Source: Armatimonadota bacterium (GTDB taxonomy: Bacteria; Armatimonadota; Fimbriimonadia; Fimbriimonadales; Fimbriimonadaceae). From it: a DNA stretch of 56,974 nt. The first letter of the stretch is position 1. The number at the start of each line of letters is the position of its first letter. A model generated the notes under the pieces. It saw only the letters and a program-made list of their open reading frames with translations, ran no database searches and was not told the origin of the DNA. This document shows positions 9,073 to 17,920 of this stretch, piece after piece. The stretch lies in NCBI GenBank assembly GCA_031400935.1, contig JANNQV010000023.1:1-56974 (forward strand), in the 5' to 3' direction. A program made the position numbers and the translations under genes.

Positions 9073-10320
9073 ATGGCTTCCAAAACCAACTCGTTTCGAT
9101 TCCTCGGCCTCAGTGCCTATTGGTTTGCAACCAGCCTAAAGTGGTTCATTCTCTTCTTTTTGACACCAGATTTGGTCAATGGCTTGGTTCCTGGCGGCGA
9201 AAAGAACAGCATGTGGGGGCTGATCGTGGCCATCGGAGCCGCAGAAGCCATGATCGGCCCAGCCCTTATGGGATGGCTCTCAGACCGAACAAAAACGAGG
9301 TTTGGCGCACGAAGGCCGTACCTTGCGCTAGGTGCTGCGATGACCGCAATCTCCCTTATTGCGATGGGACAAGCGCAGTCCTATATAGGCCTCATGATTT
9401 CGTATCTTCTCATACAGATATCTGACGATGTAGGAACAGGACCGTACAGTTCCGCGATTCCGGAACTGGTCAGCGAAGAGAATCGTGGTCAGGCGTCGGG
9501 TTACATGGGATTTTTGCAACTTGGCGGACAAGTAATCGCCGCCGTTATCGGGTTAGCGTTTGGCAGTTCGCCAACAACGATTTTCATGCTTCTGGCAATT
9601 GTAAATGTCCTTTGCGGTCTCGCTTCTATTGGATCAATCGCGAAATTCGAGCGGGAAACGACGCCTGATCGCGTTGTTGAAGATGTGCCGAAGGAAAAAT
9701 CAAGTCTGTGGGCATCTTTGCTCGATAATGACTTTCGATGGGTATGGCTAACCCGTTTCCTTAATGCAATAGGATTCTATGTAATTCTCAATTACCTATT
9801 GAATTACTTAACTGATGTAGTTAAGGTATTCGACCTTGGATTCGTTAAGTTTTCTAAACCGTTTGAAGCCGTAATCGCAATTGCAGTGGCACTTTCGCTA
9901 TCTGGGGCAGTTTCTGCACTTGTTTGCGGGAAGCGATGCGACAAAGTAGGAAGAAAGCGAGTTGTTCAAGAAGCTGGATGGATCATGTTCGTTCCGCTTG
10001 TGGCGTTTTGTTTCATCAGCAATTATTCGCTTCTTTTTCCGATAGCAATTGTATTTGGAATCGGGTACGGAGCCTACCTTTCTGCGGATTGGGCTATTGT
10101 TTCTGACGTTTTGCCCAATAAGGACAACCTAGCGAGAGACATGGGAGTGTGGCAAATGAGCATCGCCGCACCCCAACTCGTGAGCGGCGGAATAGGTTTC
10201 TTCATAGATAAAGGCAACCATTGGCAGCCGGGTCGAGGATATCAAATCGCCTTTCTGCTAGCTGGGTTTGTAATGCTACTAGGAAGCATCCTAATCACGA
10301 AGGTGAAGGGGTCTACTTAG
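9073..10320 (+). CDS. MFS transporter
   Basis: About 12 TM segments; GWLSDRTKTRFGARRPY and CDKVGRK motif-A repeats. Confidence 0.9.
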   Translation: MASKTNSFRFLGLSAYWFATSLKWFILFFLTPDLVNGLVPGGEKNSMWGLIVAIGAAEAMIGPALMGWLSDRTKTRFGARRPYLALGAAMTAISLIAMGQAQSYIGLMISYLLIQISDDVGTGPYSSAIPELVSEENRGQASGYMGFLQLGGQVIAAVIGLAFGSSPTTIFMLLAIVNVLCGLASIGSIAKFERETTPDRVVEDVPKEKSSLWASLLDNDFRWVWLTRFLNAIGFYVILNYLLNYLTDVVKVFDLGFVKFSKPFEAVIAIAVALSLSGAVSALVCGKRCDKVGRKRVVQEAGWIMFVPLVAFCFISNYSLLFPIAIVFGIGYGAYLSADWAIVSDVLPNKDNLARDMGVWQMSIAAPQLVSGGIGFFIDKGNHWQPGRGYQIAFLLAGFVMLLGSILITKVKGST

Positions 10321-10430
10321 GGTGTTGGGTTTAGGATATTGGGGATAGGGCATAGGGTTGCGTTCGATATTTCGCGAGCTGATTCGGTTATTGTCAGCCT
10401 CCCACCCTGCACCCTAAGCCCAATACCCTA
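10318..10430. repeat. Inverted blocks of heptamer tandem repeats (STRR-like) between convergent genes
   Basis: tagggtg ttgggtt taggata ttgggga tagggca tagggtt (10318-10359), then caccctg cacccta agcccaa tacccta (10403-10430). Confidence 0.75.
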
Positions 10431-11006
10431 CTTCCCCTTCAACCCAACATTCATCTCTAGCCCTAATCCCCGCATTTGGAGCCACGGAAAATTCTTGGGA
10501 TCGTTCTTGCGACCTTGAGGCTCCGCGATATATTCATGAGAAGTGATGAACTTAATGGTCGGGAATCGCTTTTTTAGATGAGCGCAAAGGAAGTAAACAA
10601 CATCTACTTGCTCTTGATTCCATTGGTCTTTGCCATCACCGACATTTACCATTTCGATGCCAATTGAAAAATTGTTCAAGTTCTCCTTCCCTCGAAAATC
10701 TTTACTGACACCGGCGTGCCATGCCCTAGAAAATGTGGAGACATGCTGGACAATAGAACCATCCTTTCCCACCGTAAAGTGAGCGCTCACTTGGCTCTCT
10801 TTGGTTCGAAACCACTTTACGCAGCCTTCTAAAGTCGGCCCAGCCGTGTGGTGAAGCACAATTGTGTCAATCACCGCATCGCCGGGCCTAGGTCCGAAGT
10901 TGGGCGATTGATCCCAGACAAGCTTCGCAAATCCTGGGTCTTTCACATACTCTTGTGGGCCAAGAAATAGCTGAGCCTGCTGAATAGCAAGTGGGAAGAA
11001 AATCAT
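10428..11006 (-). CDS. N-acetylmuramoyl-L-alanine amidase (Amidase_2/AmpD-like)
   Basis: IVLHHTAG, VSAHF, RAWHAG, NNFSIGIE, H...RKNDP zinc-amidase motifs. Confidence 0.92.
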   Translation of the reverse strand: MIFFPLAIQQAQLFLGPQEYVKDPGFAKLVWDQSPNFGPRPGDAVIDTIVLHHTAGPTLEGCVKWFRTKESQVSAHFTVGKDGSIVQHVSTFSRAWHAGVSKDFRGKENLNNFSIGIEMVNVGDGKDQWNQEQVDVVYFLCAHLKKRFPTIKFITSHEYIAEPQGRKNDPKNFPWLQMRGLGLEMNVGLKGK

Positions 11007-11039
11007 GGAAGGATGTTATCCGATTTCCCAGCAATTAGT

Positions 11040-12887
11040 TCAATTTCGTGACGCCAATCTCAATTTTCCCGCCAATTTGGTTTCAAATTTCAAACCAAAA
11101 TAATTCGTCTGCCGCAGGGTGGGCTTTAAGAGATCGTCGGCAAGTGCCTTAGCTTCAGATCGAATTGATTCGGGAAGCAACGGGTTGGGATTGAGCAGGT
11201 ACAAGATCGTGGCTTTCGACCGATAGACAGCCATTATCTCCAACGATTTCTTTGCCCTGGCTTCATCGGCGCCTAGAAGCCAATAGCCAATTCCTGATAA
11301 CCCCCCAAACGAAGCTACTTCTTCTCGACGAACGGCCGGAACAGTATTCATCAAAAAGTTTCGAGCAGCATCATGTAAAGCCAGATTCGACGAGGACGCC
11401 AGCGAGTTTGCCACCCATGCGGCATGTTCCGAGCCATACTTCTTCGCATCTTCAGACCATAATCCCTCAAACGTTTTGGCATCTGAAGCAGTTTTTGCAA
11501 GCCCACTTAGATTGGATTTTTCTATCACCTTGACAAAGTTGTTAACGGCTTCAAGGGTTGTTGGAGCACCACCGATCAATGTTGGATCAAGGCATTTTGC
11601 ATATTTCGCCTCAGTTAGGTCCACTTTGCCGACAGTCGTAACCGTTTCCAATGCCCTTAGGTACTGGCCAGCAGTTGGTTTTGGGAACATCAGGTGCTTT
11701 TGAATTTCGGGAAGTGTCGCCTGGTCGGTAACAATCCAAACTCGAATCTGCTCGACGACAGACTTAAATCGCTCCTTCTCGCTAAACCTCGCAAGCCTGC
11801 GAAGTGGATCAAACGATGAGCCGCCAATTTTGAATTTGCTGCTCTCGTCCGGCTCCTTCTTGTTCATGTTGAGACAGACTGCACGAACTTTCACGGAAAC
11901 CGTTGAAGGTAGAAACGGCCCAAATTTTCCAGCTGGAATGACCAAACGCGCCGTGCCACAAGTTCCAATGTTTTGCGTTTTATCGTCTGAGCAGATCAAT
12001 TCTGTCCCCGGATAAACGCAAATCTCGATTTCCTTGTCTGTAGGGTTCGTGGCGGTGAATGTGCAAGAAGTCATGCTTTCGGCAGTACAAGTAAGCCCGA
12101 CCGTCCCTTGAAGCTCGTTGTTGCAGAATTGCATTTCATTGTTGCTATCACTATTGTCGGGGTCAATGAAAACGCCTCCTACTTCCTCGTTCTCTTCTTC
12201 CAAGTGGCCTTCCGATACGATTACGCACTGGCAGCGGACATAATTATCGTACGTTATGTCGTCAGTTGGCACTTCCAAATGGCCAGCATCAACGTCTAAT
12301 TTGGGACCTTCTACTGTGGACTGTGTACCGTCCGGTCTAAGAGTCCTGCGAGACAATTGAATATGTGCTACAAGTCTGAAATTCAAAAACCATACTTGTC
12401 TCTCTGAAATTGAGCAATGGTTTCTAACCCAGTGGCCACGAGGAAGGTCCAAAGTTAGATGATCCAGGGAACTATGATTGCTATCCGCATGGGACCCAAT
12501 GCCACTTGACAAATTATTGGCAACGTTTGGAACTTGAGTTCCCGCGCCAAACTGGTTAAGAATAGCTTGAATAGAATTTCGATTAAGGCCACCTCCAACA
12601 GGGAACAAACCTGCTGCAGGGTCGCTGTGCCGGACTTGGCAACGTGTGTCGCACGATTCGTCGCAATTTTCATGTGCAAAATGCTTTTGGCCGTTACAAT
12701 AATTCGAGCAAGAATAATTCAAGCGAGCACTACTTCGAAAGACAAATTCATAGGTAACCCGGACATAAGCGTTTTCACCGAGGCTCCACTCAACCGGAGG
12801 AACGGTGGGTAACGGTTTGTTAAACGGCGGCTGCCTTGGCTCTTGAAAAGTAGCGGCCAACAAAAGGAGGGCAGGCAATAGGTTCAT
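11040..12887 (-). CDS. Secreted Cys-rich hypothetical protein, possible Cys-Gln thioester domain
   Basis: Signal peptide, Cys/His cluster, AVCLNMNKKEP...EQIRVWIVTD, helical C-terminus; TATCAT 5 nt before the ATG. Confidence 0.6.
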   Translation of the reverse strand: MNLLPALLLLAATFQEPRQPPFNKPLPTVPPVEWSLGENAYVRVTYEFVFRSSARLNYSCSNYCNGQKHFAHENCDESCDTRCQVRHSDPAAGLFPVGGGLNRNSIQAILNQFGAGTQVPNVANNLSSGIGSHADSNHSSLDHLTLDLPRGHWVRNHCSISERQVWFLNFRLVAHIQLSRRTLRPDGTQSTVEGPKLDVDAGHLEVPTDDITYDNYVRCQCVIVSEGHLEEENEEVGGVFIDPDNSDSNNEMQFCNNELQGTVGLTCTAESMTSCTFTATNPTDKEIEICVYPGTELICSDDKTQNIGTCGTARLVIPAGKFGPFLPSTVSVKVRAVCLNMNKKEPDESSKFKIGGSSFDPLRRLARFSEKERFKSVVEQIRVWIVTDQATLPEIQKHLMFPKPTAGQYLRALETVTTVGKVDLTEAKYAKCLDPTLIGGAPTTLEAVNNFVKVIEKSNLSGLAKTASDAKTFEGLWSEDAKKYGSEHAAWVANSLASSSNLALHDAARNFLMNTVPAVRREEVASFGGLSGIGYWLLGADEARAKKSLEIMAVYRSKATILYLLNPNPLLPESIRSEAKALADDLLKPTLRQTNYFGLKFETKLAGKLRLASRN

Positions 12888-12943
12888 GCCCTATGATAAC
12901 TGTTGGAAGCAATAAAATCAAGAATTCTACGACAAATAATTGT

Positions 12944-13978
12944 TTAGCGAAGCTTTTTTACGGCATCAACAACGTCATTCTCGTTTGGAATGCATTGAAG
13001 CTCAAGAACACGGGCATACGGCATAGGAACATTGAGCCCGCCAACCCTTCCAACCGGGGCATCAAGGTCGTCAAAGCAATCCTCGCCGATTCGAGCTGCA
13101 ATCTCGGCACCAAATCCGCCGCTTCGCCAATCTTCGTAAACCACTACTGCACGGTGAGTCTTGCGAACAGAATTGTAAATCGTTTCGGTATCTAAGGGAA
13201 GGAGCGAGCGAACATCCACAACTTCGGCATCAATGCCTTCCTGCGACAATAACTCGGCTGCTTTCAGGTTTACATGAGTCATTCGGCTATAGCCTATAAG
13301 AGAAAGGTCTTTACCTTCACGAACCACTTTAGCTTTGCCAAACGGAATCAGAAAATCGGGGTCTTCGGTGACTTCGCCTTTCATTGCATACAAGCCAGGA
13401 TTTTCTGTGAAGATGACCGGATTGTCGTCGCGGATCGCTTGCTTGAGCATTCCTTTCGCATCTTCTGGGAACGAGGGAGCTACAACTTTTAGCCCAGGAA
13501 CGTGGGCAAACCAGCCTTCCATCGAATGGCTGTGCTGAGCCGATAGCTGATTTGCCGCGCCGCCAGGACCTCGGATAACCAGTGGGCAAGTCGCTTGACC
13601 TCCAGTCATGTAGTGAATTTTTGCGGCGTGGTTAATGATTTGATCAAGCGCAAGAATCGAAAACGACATCGTCATCATTTCAACAATTGGCCGAAGGCCG
13701 GTCATCGCCATTCCAGTTGCAAAGCCGACCATAGCAGGCTCTGTGATCGGAGTATCAACTACCCTTCGAGCAACGCCGTCTCGAACATTCTCTTCTTCAC
13801 TAGGTGGAATGAGCCAGTCGCCAGGTTCCACGCCATATCGCTCGTATAAACCGTCTGTTACGCGAAAAGTGCCTTTGTATTTTCCGATATCTTCGCCAAG
13901 AATGAAAACATCTTTGTTCCGATCCATCTCTTCAGTGATTGCAAGGCGGACCGCATCACGGTAAGTCATTGTTGCCAT
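12944..13978 (-). CDS. pdhB: Pyruvate dehydrogenase E1 beta subunit
   Basis: LGEDIG, VDTPITE, AQHSHS, DAKGMLK, DLDAPV motifs. Confidence 0.92.
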   Translation of the reverse strand: MATMTYRDAVRLAITEEMDRNKDVFILGEDIGKYKGTFRVTDGLYERYGVEPGDWLIPPSEEENVRDGVARRVVDTPITEPAMVGFATGMAMTGLRPIVEMMTMSFSILALDQIINHAAKIHYMTGGQATCPLVIRGPGGAANQLSAQHSHSMEGWFAHVPGLKVVAPSFPEDAKGMLKQAIRDDNPVIFTENPGLYAMKGEVTEDPDFLIPFGKAKVVREGKDLSLIGYSRMTHVNLKAAELLSQEGIDAEVVDVRSLLPLDTETIYNSVRKTHRAVVVYEDWRSGGFGAEIAARIGEDCFDDLDAPVGRVGGLNVPMPYARVLELQCIPNENDVVDAVKKLR

Positions 13979-14994
13979 TAGTGCCCCATCTCCGGATTCA
14001 TGTCGGAATAAACGTCGTCGTAAACCTCTTGCGGATCAGGGAAAGGTTCTTTATCTACCGCCTCATATAGCTGCTCAACTTGGTTTTGAGCTTCTTCATC
14101 AATGGCTTCCATTTTTTCGCGGGTCATGATTTTGTTCTTGTCCAAATATTCTTCAAACAGCTTGATCGGATCGCGTTTTTCGTACTGCTCTTCTTCGCTT
14201 CTGTCTCGATAGAGGTGACGCTCGTGGTCGGCTGCACCATGTCCTGAGAACCTATAGGTCATGGCTTCGACCAAATAAGGGCCGCCGCCGCCTCGAACGT
14301 CGTCAATGATCCTCTGCGCGTCAGACATGGTTTGAAGCAAATCCATAGTGTCAACGCGCACGTGCTTCATATCGAACGGATAGCCGCGCTTGTAAAGTTC
14401 TGGGTCGGCGGCATGTCTTTCGAGAGCAGTACCCATCGCATAGCGGTTGTTTTCGATGATGAAAATGATCGGCAGTTTGTATAGCCCTGCCATGTTCAGA
14501 GTTTCGAAGAAAACGCCAGCGTTCGAGGCTCCATCGCCAAGATAGCAAAGGGTAACCCTGTCCTCGCCGCGATACTTTGCAGCCATCGCAAGACCGCCGC
14601 CAAGCGCAGTATGTCCGCCAACGATTCCCCATCCGCCGAAGAAATTTCGCTTGATGTCATACAAGTGCATTGAGCCGCCTTTGCCCTTCGATGTGCCTGT
14701 TTTGCGCCCCATAATTTCGGCTAAGATTTCGTGGACAGGAGTTCCCAAAACGTAAGCGTGACCATGATCTCTATAAGCTGTAATTACGTAGTCCCAATCT
14801 TTGCGAATGCAGTTAAGCCAGCCGATTGCCAGCGGTTCCATTCCAATGTAAACGTGCAAATATCCGCCAGCTTTTCCTTGACGAAAACAGAAATTGCACT
14901 TTTCTTCGAAGTGCCGCAGATATACCATTTGGCGGTAAAAGTGCTCCAATTCGGAAGGAGTATAGGTAGTTTTTGCAGGGGCAGATTTTGGCAC
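13978..14994 (-). CDS. pdhA: Pyruvate dehydrogenase E1 alpha subunit
   Basis: GYLHVYIG, YRDHGH, GKGGSMH, GDGA...ENNRYAMGT TPP motif, TYRFSGH. Confidence 0.92.
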   Translation of the reverse strand: MPKSAPAKTTYTPSELEHFYRQMVYLRHFEEKCNFCFRQGKAGGYLHVYIGMEPLAIGWLNCIRKDWDYVITAYRDHGHAYVLGTPVHEILAEIMGRKTGTSKGKGGSMHLYDIKRNFFGGWGIVGGHTALGGGLAMAAKYRGEDRVTLCYLGDGASNAGVFFETLNMAGLYKLPIIFIIENNRYAMGTALERHAADPELYKRGYPFDMKHVRVDTMDLLQTMSDAQRIIDDVRGGGGPYLVEAMTYRFSGHGAADHERHLYRDRSEEEQYEKRDPIKLFEEYLDKNKIMTREKMEAIDEEAQNQVEQLYEAVDKEPFPDPQEVYDDVYSDMNPEMGH

Positions 14995-15037
14995 GGGTTT
15001 TCCTTGGATAGGTTGTCGTTTATGCGATCAACTCTCA

Positions 15038-15092
15038 CGACTCAACGAGCGTCTCCTGGCAACCAGTGCTAGAGATGTTCAAATCGAGTCGT
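15038..15092 (-). promoter_or_regulatory. Long hairpin in the putative pdhA 5' leader
   Basis: acgactc...gagtcgt closing an inner gagcgtctc/gagatgttc and tggca/tgcta stem; minus-strand TATAAT at about 15139-15144 upstream. Confidence 0.4.
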
Positions 15093-15274
15093 TTGTTCTA
15101 TTTCACAAGCTACGCCATTGAAGCCGTGAAGCAGAGAAATTATACCTTGTCAGTTCGAATCGCCAACAATTGGCAGGACAAAAATCTTGAGTTGGGAAAT
15201 TGAAGAAAATGAGCCAGCCGTATTTGGTTTGGTAGCGATTGTTCTGGGAGTGCCAGCGCAACAGACGCCTATTC

Positions 15275-16501
15275 TCAAGCTGCCAATAACAAAGTTCGGT
15301 CCTCTGCCCATGCGAGAGACTCGCCGTACAGCTCACTCGGCATTTTAGGAGAAAGTTCGTATGCCGTTGCCCAATCGCCATTCTCGATCGCAGTTATGGT
15401 TTTTAGCGATCTGCTGCAATCGGAATCGGGTCCCGTACCTAGCAGGGCATCGCCAATATTCTTGCTTAATCCTAGTTCTTTCACAATCGCGTCCATCGGA
15501 GAATCCAAGAGAGCATCAATTGCTGAAAGAAGACCTACTGTAAAGTGGACTGCGGGACTCTCTAGACCTTCAATCTCAGCAACTCTTTGACAGAATCTAG
15601 CTCGTAGGATTGATAGTTCGTATAGTTCTGGCGGTCGTCCTGAAATGCTGCCGACAATCGCAAGCTCTGTGAGCGTGCGAATTTGCCTTAACCCTAAGAA
15701 CATGATCGCTTGTCTTACTGAATTGATTTCCCTGCCAACGCAGTTCGCTGCACAGTTCACCATTCGTAGGATCTTTTCACAAAGCAACACGTCGGCGCAC
15801 AATAGGCCTTCAATCTCCTGAGTAGTAACGTCAGGGTCTTGGAGCCTCTCAAGAATTGTTGCGAGAGCATGAAAGTTGCTTGGCCTAGAGCTTCCCTTTA
15901 GCGTAACTGGCTTGCTATAGAAATAGCCCTGGAACAAGTCAAAACCGAGCTTTATGCAGAACTGATGCATTTCCGGCGTTTCAACCTTTTCAGCTAAAAG
16001 CGTGCATCCTGTACTCTTCAGATTCGCCATATTTAGCACAAGTTCTTGGGGTGTAACTGCTAGAACATCTACTTTGACGATGTCAACAGAAGATATTAGC
16101 CCCGTACTTTTCTCTTCGAAGACGTAGTCATCAAGAGCTAACCTGTAGCCGCTAGTTTTGAGGGTTTGGATTTGAGCAATTGTTTGTTGATTGACCTCAA
16201 CGGTTTCAAGCACTTCTAGCACTACTCGTTCAGGTCGCAGTAGGCGAATCGCTTCCGAATATAGCAACGAAGTGGGAACGTTCACATAAGCGATGGAGTC
16301 TTTTGCGAGTTGGTCAAGACCAACATTTAGGAGAACATTCGCAAGTGCCATCTGCTCGTCAAGGGTCGTAAATGACGACGGAACCAAGCCTAAGTTGTTC
16401 CGAAACAAAAGCTCATACGCCACGATTGCGCCCTTCCTATCAAAGATAGGTTGTCGTGCCATATAAAACGATTGTTCTAGCTCGTGAGACATTGGTTTCA
16501 C
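15275..16501 (-). CDS. EAL and HDOD domain protein (c-di-GMP related)
   Basis: ARQPIFD...AYELLFR, LALDDY, LLAEKVET, LFQGYFYSKP followed by an HDOD helical domain; start uncertain. Confidence 0.9.
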   Translation of the reverse strand: MKPMSHELEQSFYMARQPIFDRKGAIVAYELLFRNNLGLVPSSFTTLDEQMALANVLLNVGLDQLAKDSIAYVNVPTSLLYSEAIRLLRPERVVLEVLETVEVNQQTIAQIQTLKTSGYRLALDDYVFEEKSTGLISSVDIVKVDVLAVTPQELVLNMANLKSTGCTLLAEKVETPEMHQFCIKLGFDLFQGYFYSKPVTLKGSSRPSNFHALATILERLQDPDVTTQEIEGLLCADVLLCEKILRMVNCAANCVGREINSVRQAIMFLGLRQIRTLTELAIVGSISGRPPELYELSILRARFCQRVAEIEGLESPAVHFTVGLLSAIDALLDSPMDAIVKELGLSKNIGDALLGTGPDSDCSRSLKTITAIENGDWATAYELSPKMPSELYGESLAWAEDRTLLLAA

Positions 16502-16668
16502 TATGCGGATTTTTCAGGCGTACGCTCTTTGATTGTCGGTACTTCGTGTTGAGAACTTCATACACGATTCATTTATGGAAGGTTGGTCTGTTTTTGGAAC
16601 AGTTTCAGATTCAACAACAAAAGTTGACAAGTATTTGAGAATAAATTTCTGATGACCTGGATAAAGGC

Positions 16669-16697
16669 TTGCAAATTTCTGAAAAACGTCCTATAAT
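16669..16697 (+). promoter_or_regulatory. Sigma70-type promoter of imuB-dnaE2
   Basis: TTGCAA-17 bp-TATAAT, ending 11 nt before the ATG at 16709. Confidence 0.75.
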
Positions 16698-16708
16698 AGT
16701 AGACATAT

Positions 16709-17920
16709 ATGCACTATATCGCTTCTCTATCCATTCCGCACTTCTATCTTCTGCCATTCGCCAATGACGAGGAGAGAAATGCTCAGCCGCTGCTCATTTC
16801 TCATGAGAAGATGATCATTGACGCAAACGAAGCCGCGTTGACTGCTGGGTTTCGAGTTGGAATGAGCCTTCAAGAGGCGAAGTGCTTGGCAGAAAGCTCT
16901 TCATGGATCGTGGCCTTTGAGGAAGAAAGCTACCGAGAGTTTCAAAAGCAGATGCTCGAACTCTGCGCCGAGTTCACAGACCGGATCGAGCCTGCTGAAA
17001 TGCACCGCGCATATTTGGATTTGAGAGGTCATTCCCAACCTGGCCTATTAGCGTGGGAAGCTGCCAAGAGGCTGAGCGAGAGGTTTCAAACGGATGTTCA
17101 TATCGGATTTGCTCAGGCGAAATGGGTTGCGAGATTGGGAGAAACGTCCTTCTGTGCCTCGTCCGAGTGTGACCTGTCCGGAAGTGGCTCGTCACATAAA
17201 CTTTCAGATTCCTTCGCTCAAGCAGCACGTTTTCTTGCCTCACAACGGGTCTCAAAACTCTCGCCAGTCACCGCAGAAACTCGCCAACGACTGCAATTTT
17301 TAGGGTATCCGCTGATAGGGGATGTGCAAAAAATCCCACTTCGGACCCTGAAATCGCAGTTTCGAGAAGAGGCAAATATCATCGCATCAGCCTCGCTGGG
17401 CACCTTCGACGACCCGGTCATTCCAACTTTTCGAATCACTCGAATCTCAGGCAAAATTGAACTGGGAGATGCATCAACATGGCTTGAAGTCGAGCCTGCT
17501 TTGCGAAAACTGGCAAAACGACTCAGCACAAGATTGAAGAATTTAGATTCCATAACTCGAACAGTTAGCCTATCTGTAGCCTTTTCTTCAGGACATTGCA
17601 AAGACCTCTCGAGAACATTTTCAAAGCCACTTCAATCCACTCTTGACCTTCTTCGCGCAATCGTTGTTCTCTTTCCAGAATGCAAAGAGCCTGTCGAGTC
17701 AGTATTTGTTGAGCTTCCCGAGCTAGAGAAAATGCGCCAAAAGCAAAGGCAGCTTGACGGCTCGCATGATCTTGGCGAGCGCAAAATCTCTGCTGAAGCT
17801 GCATTTCTTTCACTCAAAACCACATTTGGAGATTCAGCTATACAGGTCGCCGCTGACGTAGCACTTCCCCGCCGCAAGCTCGTTCTAAGGGCATGGCAAA
17901 ACGCAAATGGATGGCATTAA
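16709..17920 (+). CDS. imuB: ImuB-like catalytically inactive Y-family polymerase
   Basis: Y-family fold motifs (GFRVGMSLQEAK, HIGFAQAKWVARL); catalytic SIDE replaced by EMHR; overlaps dnaE2. Confidence 0.82.
   Translation: MHYIASLSIPHFYLLPFANDEERNAQPLLISHEKMIIDANEAALTAGFRVGMSLQEAKCLAESSSWIVAFEEESYREFQKQMLELCAEFTDRIEPAEMHRAYLDLRGHSQPGLLAWEAAKRLSERFQTDVHIGFAQAKWVARLGETSFCASSECDLSGSGSSHKLSDSFAQAARFLASQRVSKLSPVTAETRQRLQFLGYPLIGDVQKIPLRTLKSQFREEANIIASASLGTFDDPVIPTFRITRISGKIELGDASTWLEVEPALRKLAKRLSTRLKNLDSITRTVSLSVAFSSGHCKDLSRTFSKPLQSTLDLLRAIVVLFPECKEPVESVFVELPELEKMRQKQRQLDGSHDLGERKISAEAAFLSLKTTFGDSAIQVAADVALPRRKLVLRAWQNANGWH
17153..17197. repeat. Three 15-bp tandem half-units resembling the GTGN hairpin element, in frame in imuB
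   Basis: tgtgcctcgtccgag / tgtgacctgtccgga / agtggctcgtcacat; the second matches the dnaE2 unit start tgtgacatgtccg at 12 of 13 nt. Confidence 0.5.

Noticed and set aside
13765..13840. ~20-aa extra segment in PdhB containing CGTCTCG (NVRDG) as another hairpin insertion
   Set aside because: The flanking arms pair only weakly and there is no GTGN end; it cannot be separated from an ordinary loop without an orthologue alignment.
16681..16691. Gram-positive LexA (GAAC-N4-GTTC) box at imuB
   Set aside because: GAAA-N3-GTCC has the wrong spacing and two mismatches.
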